A stretch of DNA of 64,000 nucleotides, taken from assembly GCA_964016885.1 (NCBI GenBank), contig OZ024756.1, positions 19,282,001 through 19,346,000 on the forward strand, read 5' to 3'. Source of the stretch: Eledone cirrhosa. Taxonomy: Eukaryota. Of the stretch, positions 13,531-26,300 are shown piece by piece (the first letter of the stretch is position 1; each line of letters opens with the position of its first letter). The notes beneath the pieces were generated by a model. It worked only from the letters and a program-made list of their open reading frames with translations, was not told the DNA's origin and searched no databases. The position numbers were made by a program, and so were the translations under genes.

Positions 13531-13590
<60 letters not shown>

Positions 13591-13632
13591 CATCATCGTT
13601 TAACGTCCATCTTCCACACTTGCATGGGTTTG

Positions 13633-13695
<63 letters not shown>

Positions 13696-13703
<8 letters not shown>

Positions 13704-14118
13704 AGATCAAAAGATGGTTAAAGGAGTTCCATGTATTTTATTATGCGCATTTCAAAAACAAACATCATCATGCAATAATATTTGTGTTTTCATCAGATAA
13801 AACAGGAGAACATGATATGAAGGCTAAAAAACACTTGTGGATAGTGCAGTTTTAAATCAACATATATGATATGTTGATTTAAAACTGCACTATCCACAAG
13901 TGTTTTTTAGCCTTCATATCATGTTCTCCTGTTTTATCTGATGAAAACACAAATATTATTGCATGATGATGTTTGTTTTTGAAATGCGCATAATAAAATA
14001 CATGGAACTCCTTTAACCATCTTTTGATCTTATATTATGCATACTCCAGTCCTACAAACTGTAGAGTGCTTCTTATCTGCATTGCTTTATTGTACTACAA
14101 TAAAACTCACCTCCTACA
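13696..14118 (+). mobile_element. Penelope-like relic family B, near-perfect 170-bp palindrome plus 3' extension, in (TA)n
   Basis: Arms 13696-13865 / 13869-14038 with 3-nt loop. Confidence 0.8.
13932..13998 (+). ncRNA. Type I hammerhead ribozyme motif, family B
   Basis: TTTTAT-CTGATGA-long stem II-GAAA-TGCGCA-TA-ATAAAA; palindromic stem III ATGCGCAT. Confidence 0.82.
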
Positions 14119-14196
<78 letters not shown>

Positions 14197-14296
14197 GAAA
14201 GTGAACACAAAATATAACTACTCCATTACCAAAGGTTTCTGGATCACAGACGATAATAATATAATATACCTCTGGATCGGTCATCAGACAGAGATG

Positions 14297-14398
<102 letters not shown>

Positions 14399-14824
14399 TT
14401 ATCATCATTTCATGTCTGCTTTGGATGGGTTGGATGGGTCCTTTTCAGCATCTCTCCATTCCTCACAATCCATTGTCATCTCCCCCAGTGAGCTTCAGTG
14501 ATTTGAAATCAGCTCTTATGACTTTCTTTAGTCTTCCTCTACTGCAGCTTCCTTCCACTAGGATCTCTTGCCACTTCTTTACCCAATGATCATCATCCAT
14601 GCACATTCTTTTCTCCTGCACATAACATCTGATTCTGCTTATATTCAGTTTCTCTCACAGCTTATCTATGCTTTGTAGTTCTCTCACATTAACATTGCTT
14701 TGTAGTTCTCTCACATTAACAGCAGCCACTACCCAGGTTTCACAAACCATGCAGCATCACACATTACACTCAGACATGATACAGCCAGCCTGACATTTGT
14801 AGAGAGATACCTTTTGTATGTATG

Positions 14825-14898
<74 letters not shown>

Positions 14899-14900
<2 letters not shown>

Positions 14901-14958
14901 TATTAATCTCTGAGGATTCCTACCAAACGGTATGGATGAAACATTGTAAGCAAATAAA
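14899..14958 (+). ncRNA. Hammerhead ribozyme motif, family E, solo in (TA)n
   Basis: CT-CTGAGGA-tTCCTACC(aaac)GGTAtGGAt-GAAA-CATTG-TA-AG; stem I short, extended by TTTATT/AATAAA. Confidence 0.65.
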
Positions 14959-16139
14959 AAACTTTTTTGAGTATGTAAGCGTTCTTTGGTTTCTTCTAAA
15001 TATATATATATATATATACCGTGACCTCTGGCATCATGCAATAATACAGAAGACCCGACCCCCACAGGAACAAGCCGAAGCTGAAGCATATAGACAATAT
15101 CCCCCCCCCCCTCCAATGCAATGTGGTCATGGAGGTGCCACGGCAAAAAAGCACCCAGCCCACACTGTAAAGTGGACGTGTAGGCGCCACGGAAAAAAAG
15201 CCCCCAGCACTCACTGTAAATGAGGTTGGTGTTAGGAAGGGCATCCAGCTGAAGAAATCAAGTCAGAATAAGTTCCTGTATGAGCAAGACAAGGTCAGCC
15301 GACTGGACACTGCCCACAACAGGACAATCTGTCTAACCCATTCTAGTGTGGAAGAATGGACGTACAACAGTGATGATGATATATATATATCTCCAGGGTG
15401 TGTAACGTGCTGTTACGGCAGGTTCACCCAAGTGAGTTACAGACATCTCTATACTTTATGTGTTCAATACCACAGCAGAGGTCCGACAGGCTTTTAATTC
15501 CAGAGTCGCACCAGATCGATACGAATCAAACTTTGAGCTGATCAATAGTGAAACGCGCATCAGCAATCAATAAATGTAATGAAGGCTTAACAATTTGTCC
15601 CTTTACTATTATATATATTGGCAGTACCGGTAGAGGGTCGGACGCTATGCTTTGATGCATGGAGTTACGGCCCTTGCCATTCTGTGTTCAAATCCCGCCG
15701 AGGTTAACTTTGCCTTTCATCCTTACGGGGTCGATAAAATAAAGTACCAGTAATGCACTGGGTAATTGCTGGCCTTGTGCCAAAAATAGAAACAATTATA
15801 TATATATATATAGTTTATTTTACATAGAAATGACTTCTACAGGACTAGAACTGTTTCATTTGTATGCCTATACTCTACCAATGTATTGAGTACCTTTTTT
15901 AACTGTGATTAACCCCGACAGAACTTGGGAATCTACGTATCATATATAGAAACCACTGGTAAATGAAATAATTATGTTATCACATATGTTATCACATATA
16001 AATGAAATAATTATGTTATCACATATGTATATATATATATATATATATATGCTAGCGTGGAAGATGGACGTTAAACGATGACGATGATGATGATATATAT
16101 ATATATATCAAATATATATATATCATCATCATCATCATC

Positions 16140-16395
16140 ATCATAATTTTACGTCCACTTTTCCCTGCTTGCAAGGGTGGGACGGGAACTGATTCTGGCT
16201 TGATTTCTACAGCTGGATGCTCTTCCTAACACCAACCTCATTTACAGTGAGTGGTGGGTGGTTTTTGCCGTGGCACCTACACGACCACTTTGCAGTGGAA
16301 TGATAGGGACCTCAGTCCCTATCATCTCAGTTCTACAGCTGAGTAAACTGGAGCAATGTGAAATAAAGTGTCTTGCTCAAGGAAACAACACATCC
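16140..16395 (-). mobile_element. SINE family B, 5'-truncated
   Basis: Matches full copies at 49905-50235 and 62960-63308. Confidence 0.85.
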
Positions 16396-16403
16396 TTATA
16401 TAT

Positions 16404-16480
<77 letters not shown>

Positions 16481-16809
16481 TAAGCAAGCAAACCAATCAA
16501 AGCGGAGAGATCAGTGATTAGCTTGCTTTATTTCTCTCTAGTCATCAGTCATCGCATATCATCATCATCATCATCGTTTAAATATATACAAAACTGGTGG
16601 GGCGCACACAGAGCAAAAACAGCATAAAAAAGAATCCCTTCTCCTCAATCAACCTCTGGAAATCACCATAGTTGCAGTCTATCAAATATATTTATGTATA
16701 TAATTGTCTGTGAGTGAGTGTGTCATATGGGTCTTGATTCAAATTAAAGAGTTTACCTGTTGCATGATTAGTGAATAAAGATAACTACCTCACAGTCTTC
16801 AAACGTATG

Positions 16810-17872
16810 GTCAATAACAGTTGCGAAATATATTGACCTATGGTCATGAATCTTGGGTAATGACCGAAAGAATATGATAGTGAATACAAGCGACTGAAAT
16901 GGGGTTCTACGAAGGGTCTTTAGAGTAATGTTATTCAAGAGAGTGTGTAACTCAGAGATCAGAGAGTCACTACAGGTAGAGTTGCTAGTTCTCTGACTTA
17001 ACCCTTTAGTGTTCAAACCGGCCAAAACCGGCCAGAATTCTCTACCTCTTTCTGTTGAAACTGGTTGTAACTCGTCGTTCAAACTGGTGTTAAGGTATCG
17101 TTTTCAAAATAAATACTTTCAAAATCTCATAGATTCGATATTATGTGAGATAATTATGTGAGGTAAAGCCTTTACCATGAAAATATAATAGTATATATAA
17201 AATAATTGTTTCTACTATTGGCATAAGGCCAGCAATTACCCAGTGCATTACTGGTACTTTATTTTATCGACCCCATAAGGATGAAAGGCAAAGTTAACCT
17301 CGGCGAGATTTGAACTCAGAATGGCAAGGGCCGTAACTCTATGCGTCAAAGTATGGCGTCCGACCCTCTACCGATACTGCCAATCCACCACCATAGTATA
17401 TATAAAATAATTGTTTCTATTTTAGGCACAAGGCCAGCAATTACCCAGTGCATTACTGGTACTTTATTTTATCGACCCCATAAGGATGAAAGGCAAAGTT
17501 AACCTCGGCAGGATTTGAACTCAGATCTATGCTTCAAAGCATGGCGTCCGACCCTCTACCGATACTGCCAATCCACCGCCCTATAGTATATATAAAATAA
17601 TGTGAATGCTAAAGGGTTAAAAGATCACAGCTCTGATACTATGGGTATGTGGTTAGAATGTCTCAGGAAAGAATCGCTGGACAGATTTTACAGGCAAAAC
17701 CAACCAACTGGCATGAGACCCAGTGGAAGACCCCAAGCATGGTGGTTGGAAAACATCCATGATCTCAGCTGGTCTCGCTTGGGGAGACAGTTGGGGAGAC
17801 AGTTGGGGACAGTTGCTTCTGACAGGACCTGATGGAAAGAGTGTTTGAGGACTCTGCCCCCTCATGACCCTA
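16810..17872 (+). mobile_element. RTE-clade LINE 3' fragment interrupted by a piggyBac MITE (16998-17620) that holds two SINEs
   Basis: ILTYGHESWVMTER..IQATEMGF...NSEIRESLQVE before the insert; ...QPTGMRPSGRPQAWWLENIHDLSW after it; followed by (GAA)n. Confidence 0.8.
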
Positions 17873-18340
17873 GAAGAAGAAGAAGAAGAAGAAGAAGAAG
17901 AAGAACAAGAAGAAGGCAAAGAAGAAGAAGAACAAGAAGAAGAAGAAGAAGAAGAAGGCAAAGAAGAAGAAGAAGGCAAAGAAGAAGAAGAAGAAGAAGA
18001 AGAAGAAGAAGAAGAAGAAGAAGAAGAAGAAGAAGAAGAAGGCAAAGAAGAAGAAGAACAAGAAGAAGAAGAAGAAGAAGGCAAAGAAGAAGAAGGCAAA
18101 GAAGAAGAAGAAGGCAAAGAAGAAGAAGAAGAAGAAGAAGAAGAAGAAGAAGAAGAAGAAGAAGAAGAAGGCAAAGAAGAAGAAGAAGGCAAAGAAGAAG
18201 AAGGCAAAGAAGAAGAAGGCAAAGAAGAAGAAGAAGGCAAAGAAGAAGAAGGCAAAGAAGAAGAAGAAGAAGAAGAAGAAGAAGAAGAAGAAGAAGAAGA
18301 AGAAGAAGAAGAAGAAGAAGGCAAAGAAGAAGAAGAAGAA
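17872..18340. repeat. (GAA)n with GGCAAA interruptions
   Basis: Direct; similar array at 31968-32495. Confidence 0.97.
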
Positions 18341-19036
18341 GGTTGGTGAAGTTATGTCCCCCTGACTTGACACCATTATTCACAAGGATTGACTCTGATA
18401 ATACAGAGTTAAAGTTTAGGTAGACCTTTATATTAATGTGAAACTGGAAAAACAAAGCAACAAACTCAGGCTGGTGTTCCCCCCCACCCCCACCCCACCT
18501 CCCATTGTTTCCAGGATCCTACACAGTGCATTTTCTGTTCACTGAATCAAAGACTTTTGTTAGGTGACAAACACCGGAAAAAGTATGAGTGGGTGAGGTG
18601 AGGAGTCATTGTTCTATGTACTTCTCCTGTAGCTATCTGGAAGCAAAGATCATATCTGTGACTCCTCTGCATGCATGGTCCCATATCTTCTGAGGGATTT
18701 GTAGGGGCAGCGTATTGACAGATGGCATTTCTTGTGCAGTGTTAAACCTGGCAGAGCCAATCTCCTTTCCAGGTTTGAATGCAGAAGATTTCTTCCAGAG
18801 AATGACAAAGAGTGAGAGAAAATGGAAGTGAGAAAGAGATATAGTGGAAGAATCAACTGTAGTACTTTACTGGTACACTTTTTATCAACCTCGAATGGAT
18901 GAAAGACAAAGTTGACCTTGGTGGGGCTTGAACTCAGAGAGAAGAGAGCTGAAACAAATACAGCAAAGCATTCTATCTGACATTCTAATGATTCTATCAA
19001 TCCTCCACCTATATCACAATTATTACCTCTTCTATA

Positions 19037-19264
19037 TTAACCCTTTAGCATTTACATTACTCTATATATACTATTATATTTTCACGGTAAAGGCTTTATC
19101 TCACATAATTATCTCACATAATATCGAATCTATGAGATTTTAGCATTATTTATTTTGAGAACAATACCTTTACATCAGTATGAGTGGCCAGTTACAGCCA
19201 GTTTGAAGAGAAAGAGGTGAGAGAATTCTGGCCGGATACGGGCGGTTTAAATGTTAAAGGGTTA
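19037..19264 (+). mobile_element. Intact piggyBac-type MITE
   Basis: TTAA-CCCTTTAGCATTTA ... TAAATGTTAAAGGG-TTAA; other copies 44355-44572 (-), 55240-55450, 16998-17620 (-). Confidence 0.9.
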
Positions 19265-19391
19265 AGACTGTTGCCCATTTCCTTGATAACAATGCTGAGG
19301 AAGGTCTTCTAACACATTCTCATCTATTGTAGATGGGTTATATGAGAGGGGTCAGTGAAATGTTCTGTCCACTACTTCAGAACATCTACAG

Positions 19392-19579
19392 CAGGCATGT
19401 CAAACTGAGGGTCCCCCAGGGGCCACATGGGTCACATATGTGTTGTCTGGGGGTCACACATGACAACTAATTGCACACATGACAACTAATATTTTTTATT
19501 TTATATTATGCTCGCGCTGTAAAAACCTTTGTACGGGCCACAGGTGTCCTTGTAAAGGGCCGCATGTTTGACATGCTTG
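19392..19579. mobile_element. 188-bp hAT MITE
   Basis: TIR CAGGCATGTCAAAC / GTTTGACATGCTTG; 8-bp TSD ATCTACAG. Confidence 0.9.
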
Positions 19580-20193
19580 ATCTACAGTATTACTGATTAA
19601 GGTGGACCCATCTTTGGAGCTGACAGGAGCAAAGGTTGATTGGTGAGGACCAAATACTGGTTTGAGCAAGATGTATATTGTTTGACAAACCTTTCTATTG
19701 AAGGCCAGTCAACTATCAGTGGATATATTCAATCTCCACATGTTGTTCAGCCATGTCAAGGACATGACAACCTCCCTAGTGTTAGTGATTTACCCAATAA
19801 ATTCACACATTACACACTGTAAAGTGGTGATAGGAAGGGCATCCAGCCATAGAAATCTTGCCAAATAAATTGTTGGGAGGACCCTCAGTTATGTCAAAGG
19901 CATGACAACCTCTCCTAAGTACTCGATGGAATGTGAGACCACATCCCTGGCCTGCCTGGGAGATCAGTGGCTCAACTTCAGTCACTGACTTGGTCTATAT
20001 GGACCCATCCAACCCTTGCTAGCAGGGAAAGCGGAGATTAAAACGAAGGAATATATTAGGTTAACGCTTGAAATAGCAGGAAGAGGGTCTTAACGTTTTC
20101 GACGCTAGTCCTTCATCAAAAGAAAGAATGAGAAATTAGAAAGATTGAACGGAATGGAATCGGAATAAATGTTTTTATATATATTCAAAATAA

Positions 20194-20397
20194 CGACAAT
20201 GGAAAAACAGGATAAAGACAATGGAAAAACAGGATAAAGACAATGGAAAAACAGGATAAAGACAATGGAAAAATAGGATAAAGACAATGGAAAAACAGGA
20301 TAAAGACAATGGAAAAACAGGATAAAGACAATGGAAAAACAGGATAAAGACAATGGAAAAACAGGATAAAGACAATGGAAAAAACAATGGAAAGACA
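20194..20397. repeat. 22-bp tandem repeat GACAATGGAAAAACAGGATAAA x~9
   Basis: Direct. Confidence 0.95.
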
Positions 20398-20516
20398 GCC
20401 ACGTCTCTCTATATATATACAGGGTGTCCCCAAAATTGTATACCCATTTTCATTACCTGTACAGCCAATATTTATTAGAATGCTGTTGGAGTGTGTATAC
20501 ATTTTTGGGGACACAC

Positions 20517-20576
<60 letters not shown>

Positions 20577-20644
20577 ATGGATGTTAAACGATGATGATGA
20601 TGAGAGATAGATAGGTACAAAGAGAGAAAGGGAGAGTTAGATAA

Positions 20645-21325
20645 ATAGATACATTTCTTTATTAGCCACAAGGGCTCAAAAGGGGACAAATACAAATGGG
20701 GAGTTTACATACAGGTATATGAAAATAAAACTATTAATAAAATAACAAATAACAATTGAAATCCCCAATAGGGGGAGGGGGAGACGTTACACAGGGGTTG
20801 TACACACCCCGAAAAAATGTACAGCCCTCATCTCCAGGAGCACCAAGAGTGAGTACTCCCTTCCTCTCTTCCTCTCTTTCCTCAACCTACAGGCTTATAT
20901 AGAGAGAAGGCCCAACCACTCGGGCCATCTTTGCCACATTCACCCACCTTTTATAAAATTTGCTGGGGTACAGCACCTCTCTCTCCATCCTGATTCTTCT
21001 TCCAAAATGATATTTGAAAAAACGAATCAGTTGCTCGCCGGAGAGAAAGGTGTCTTAGATAAATAGATAACTTTCTTTTTATTTGCCACCAGGGCATCAA
21101 AAAGTGGGACAAGTACAATGGGGGGGGGGGGGGGTTTACATAACAAGGCGTCCTCAATAAGGAGGAGGCAATAACAAAATATAAAAATAAAATAAAATAT
21201 AACAAAATAAATTCTATAACGAAATCCTCCATAGGGAGGAGGCGCCTTGGGGGGTCGCACACACCCCCGAAAAAAAGTGTGCAACCCTTCTCCTCAGGAG
21301 CACAGAGATTGGGGTGCTCCCTTGA
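20645..21325 (-). mobile_element. Two Tx1/L1-like LINE 3' ends
   Basis: Minus translation LIRFFKYHFGRRIRMEREVLYPSKFYKRWVNVAKMARVVG plus two related 3'UTRs; 3'UTR again at 30760-30900 (+). Confidence 0.5.
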
Positions 21326-21364
21326 AATAGATAAGCAGGCAGATAGATAGATATCGAATGATCA

Positions 21365-21412
<48 letters not shown>

Positions 21413-22886
21413 AAATTAATTGATATATTCAGAGGAAGGATGCTAGTCTATGGATAAGAGCCGTGAATAGATGAATGAAATAAATGTATGAATGAAATAA
21501 TATGGCATGATAGTGAGTGGGTACATTAGTGACACTCTCTCCCCCTCTCCTCCTTCCTGTCTCTTTCACTCTCCCTTTCCCGTCTCTATCTCACCCTCTA
21601 TCCCTCTCGCCTTCCTCCCTGTCTCACTCTCCCCTTCCTCTCTCTCTTTTTCTCTCACTCTCCCCTTCTTCTTTATCTCTCTCTCTCTGTGTCACCCTCC
21701 CTCTTCATCTTTCTATCTCACCCTCTCCCTTCTCTCTCTCTCTCTCTCTCCCTCCCCTTCCTCTCTGTCTCTCTCTCCCTCCCTCCCCCCACTCCCTCCT
21801 CTCTCTCTCTCTATCTATGAGAGTAACAGGAGGTAGTGTAGTGTTCTAACTCTTACACTCTATATATCTAGTCTTCAGCACCGTTTACTACTACAATACT
21901 ATACTACTACCATTTTCACTGATGAAACTCTGATTAATTGGGAATTGGTTTGATTTTAGACATTTCTTTTTTTTTGTGGGGGGAGGGGGAGGGGGGGGGG
22001 GGGTATTTGTTTGTTTTTCGTGTTTATTTTTTTTATTTGTGAGTGTGGTATTCGCTGGTCACTGTGTGTGCGTGTGTGTGTGAGTGAGTGTGTGTGTGTG
22101 CGGTATTCGTTGGTCAGTGTGTGTGCGTGTGTGTGTGAGTGAGTGTGTGTGAGTGAGAGTGTGTGTGTGAGTGTGTGTGCAGTATTCGTTGGTCAGTGTG
22201 TGTATGTATGTGTGATATTCGTGTGTGTGTGTGGTATTCATTGGTCAGTGGTGTGTGTGTATATATATATGTGTGTATGTGTGATATTCGTTGGTCAGTG
22301 TGTGTGTGTGAGTATATATATGTATATGTATGTGTGTGTGGTATTCGTTGGTCAGTGTGTGTATGTGTGTGTGGTATTTGTTGGTCAGTGTGTGTGAGTA
22401 TGAGTGTTTGTGTGTGGCATTCGTTGTTAAAAAAAAAATCAGTAAACAAATACCTTAATATAAAAATTACAACCAAAATTACTGGGCTCTTTTTTTTCTT
22501 TTTTTTTCCGTAAAACGACAACCATTTACATAACATTACATGTAGATTTAGATATAGATTCATAACAAGGAATCGACCTATCTATTTAACAAAACCCATC
22601 TGTCGATCTACCTATATATATATCGATCAATGATCAATCTGTCTATCAAGCTAATAATAGATTATCTCGGAGATCTTTTGTGTCTAAACAGGAGCCGGAT
22701 AGTATTTGGAGAGATGTTCTGAATGGAAGAGAAATCGGTGGAGTGATGATGTTTCTATTGGGAGGGCAAACTGGGGTGAGAGGCGACAGAATATATATAT
22801 ATATATGCCACCACCCCACTCTCAAGAGCGTGAAATTAATAAACCTTTGTTCGTACTGCCTCTCTGTTTTGTTCCTGTTCAATGTT

Positions 22887-22957
<71 letters not shown>

Positions 22958-22997
22958 CCATTTGAAGTAAAATGTATCATTATATAGTTATTTCTTT

Positions 22998-23044
<47 letters not shown>

Positions 23045-23048
<4 letters not shown>

Positions 23049-23303
23049 GAAGTAATTCCGTCGGAAAGGTCCAGGAAAAAAGAGTGCTCTATGTAGGTTA
23101 CAGACCTTATTAGTTATGTAATAAACAACATAAGATAATTATTTCATTTACCAGTGGTTTCTTGAAAGCAAACAAATCTGCTTTCAGTCGTCAGAATGAA
23201 AAAAAAACAGGACTTTTTCATTCTGACGACTGAAAGCAGATTTGTTTGCTTTCAAGAAACCACTGGTAAATGAAATAATTATCTTATGTTGTTTATTACA
23301 TAA
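23045..23303. mobile_element. Penelope-like relic family C, fold-back
   Basis: Arms ~23114-23202 / 23214-23303; fragment of the same family at 15949-15980. Confidence 0.78.
23216..23275 (+). ncRNA. Type I hammerhead ribozyme motif, family C
   Basis: TTTCATT-CTGACGA-cTGAAAGCAGA(tttg)TTTGCTTTCAa-GAAA-CCAcTGG-TA-AATGAAA; 7-bp stem I, GUA cleavage triplet. Confidence 0.87.
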
Positions 23304-23326
23304 ATAAATAAATAAATAAATATATA

Positions 23327-23376
<50 letters not shown>

Positions 23377-23446
23377 AATATATGTAAGATAATGATTGAC
23401 ATCTTACATATATTCACAAATATACATTATGTAAGGATATGAATGA

Positions 23447-23484
<38 letters not shown>

Positions 23485-23750
23485 GTGTTAAACAATATTC
23501 AATGAGTATGTCAAAGAATGAGTTTTACATAAGATTGGAAGCACTCAACAGAAATATATATATATATATATATATAGACACAATTATATAGTAGTGTATG
23601 TATTTGTGTGTGTGTGTGTGTGTGTGAGTGTGTGTGCGCGTATAGAGAAAGATGTAAAGACATACACACAGATAGATAGATATAAAATATAGATGAATAT
23701 AAAAATATGTATCAACAGCAGAAAAAAATACACACATACACATACATATA

Positions 23751-23860
<110 letters not shown>

Positions 23861-24471
23861 GGGAGAGGGAGAGAGGGAGTGAGAGAGAGAGAGAGATGAT
23901 AGAGAGATATTTGTGTGTGTGTGTGTGTGTTTGTATGTACATACGAATGTATATACGCATCTGTACGGAAGCTCGTTTCTTTATGAATGAATAAATGAAT
24001 GAATGAATGAACATTTCTTAGAGAGTACGCATTTATCTACGCATATGGATGGAAGAGAATTCTTCAATGGATAGTAGAACAACTTACGTTACAGTGAATG
24101 TACATATATGGACAACCGAGTAGAAGTGGGAGGGAACAGTATACACATATATACATAGAGAAAATCATATGTAAATGTGTGTGTGTGTGTGTGTGTGTGT
24201 GTCCCGTGTTCAATCGGAGGGTAACCACAGTAAGTGAAGTACTCAATACATTAATAGAGTATATACAAAATTTAATATAGAAATTGCTTTCTTACGAATG
24301 AAACAGTTCTAGTCCTGTAGACCCTATATTTCTATATTAAATTTTGTGTGTATATATATATAACGAAGGAAATGTGGTAAGGAACCAGGTGGACCATAAC
24401 GCACCAAAGTACTCAATACTTAGGGTAGTAGAGTGGGTAATAGGAACGAGTAGGATCCCGACGGCTGAGCT

Positions 24472-24554
<83 letters not shown>

Positions 24555-24688
24555 GGAGAGAGAGAGAGATTTGTGTGTGTGTGTACTCCATACTTAGGGA
24601 AAGTAGAACGTAGAGATTATAGGATAGAAAGCCCAACGTTCAAGCTTAAACCGATTCGAAGGCATTGAAACCATCTATCCTGTCGTGC

Positions 24689-24736
<48 letters not shown>

Positions 24737-25605
24737 GCACACTCACACACGTATATAACATCATCGTTATCATCATTTAATGTCCGATTTCCCTACTAGC
24801 ATGGGTTGACCAGATCGTCAAAGACCAAGTCAGTACTGAAGCGATGCTGACGTCTCACTCTACTGACTGCACTTTACCGTGAAAACCAATACTAGGGAAG
24901 TTGTCACGTCTTTGACACAACTAAAAAGTCCTCCCAAACTTCCTATAGTAAGCTTTTACGGTCAGATGCCATCCTACCACAGACCTGTCAACTCTCCACG
25001 TCCGACGGGGAGATCTCCCACCCACTTTGGGGTGAGTGAGAAATGTTTTCTCTTGTGAAAATGGGTATAGCTTTCATTATGTAAAATCTCCCCCATTTTG
25101 CCTCATTTCTCCCCATTTGGGGACATTTTTTAATTTTTTTTTATGGTACTTCCCGTTTGGGTTTTTAGAGGTTGGCAGGTCTGCTACCACCAACCACTTT
25201 ACAGAGTGTACTGGGTACGTTTATCTTGTAGATCACCAATACTAGAGAGGTTGTGCTCTTGATTCAACTGAAGAGTCCCCTCGACCTTTTTTGACGTTTG
25301 TTACAGCTGGATACCTTTCATATTACCAACGATCTTACAAGCTGTACTGGGTGTTTATTATCACGGCACCAGCAATAAAGAGGTTGTCATGTCCTGATTA
25401 GAGGGTCATTTCAACCTTTTTTTGACATGGTTTCTACAGCCGGAAGCTCTTCATTGCATCAACTACTTTACAGCATATATGTGCATTTTATGATGGCACC
25501 AACAATATACGCGAGATAGATAGATAGAATCCGCGGTGCTGTGATCGAGGAGACCATGTCAGTACTCGACATATGGAGAGATGTAGAGTCGGTATAGAGA
25601 TGTTG

Positions 25606-25720
25606 AAAATCCCGACCGCGGCGCCAAGCGGACTCGGCTTGTGTATTAAGCAAGCCATACCAAAAATGCCTTTAGTAAGGCGTGCTTAACATACAAGCCG
25701 AGGCCGCGCTCGGGAATTTT
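25606..25720. repeat. GC-rich imperfect hairpin, probable small MITE
   Basis: GCGGACTCGGCTTGTGTATTAAGCAAGCC / GGCGTGCTTAACATACAAGCCGAGGCCGC. Confidence 0.7.
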
Positions 25721-25772
25721 ACACGTACACATACGCATGCACACACAGACATATACATACATACATAGATAT

Positions 25773-26026
25773 AAATAGAAGCTTTCGCCGTATTTTTTTA
25801 CTAAAGAAATTTTAGCCTGGCAGTGGGATTTAGAACCCTCTAAGAAATGGGGAAAAAATGAGTGATGTGTTGGTCTAATGGTAGCACAGAGAGCTGGATA
25901 ATCAAAGATGTTGGTTCAACTCCCAATATACGTCAATACTCATCTTTTCCCATCTCTTAGAGGGTTCTAAACTCCACTATCAGGCTAAAATTTCTTTAGT
26001 CATAAATACGGCGAAAGCTTCTATTT
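25773..26026 (+). mobile_element. Inverted-repeat element with a tRNA-like core (25864-25935)
   Basis: ~90-bp imperfect arms 25773-25863 / 25938-26026 around a sequence with A box TGGTCTAATGG, B box GGTTCAACTCC and a 7-bp acceptor stem. Confidence 0.7.
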
Positions 26027-26114
26027 CTATTTTCAAAAACAAACTTCTAAAACAAACTTGCTTATATATATATATATATAAATATATAAATGAAAAGTAT
26101 ATTATATATATATA

Positions 26115-26300
26115 ATATAGAAATGGGTCTATCTGAATAGAACTGTTTCACTCGAAGGAAATCATCAGGAAAGCCATGATGATTTCCTTCGAATGAAACA
26201 GTTCTAGTCCTGTAGAAGCCATTTCTATATTAAATATTTATACTCTGCTATGTATTGAGTACCTTACTTGGTATGGTTACCCCCGATTGAACCCGGTATA
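26115..26300. mobile_element. Penelope-like relic family H, fold-back with eroded hammerhead
   Basis: (C)TGATGA-TTTCCTTCGAAT-GAAACAGTTC on both strands; related pieces at 15825-15925 and 24203-24342. Confidence 0.6.

Noticed and set aside
17845-18455. Poly-E/R/S/L/F ORFs (also 31678-32870, 57566-58159)
   Set aside because: Translations of trinucleotide microsatellites
25864-25935. Functional tRNA gene
   Set aside because: Anticodon stem does not pair; kept only as a tRNA-like core
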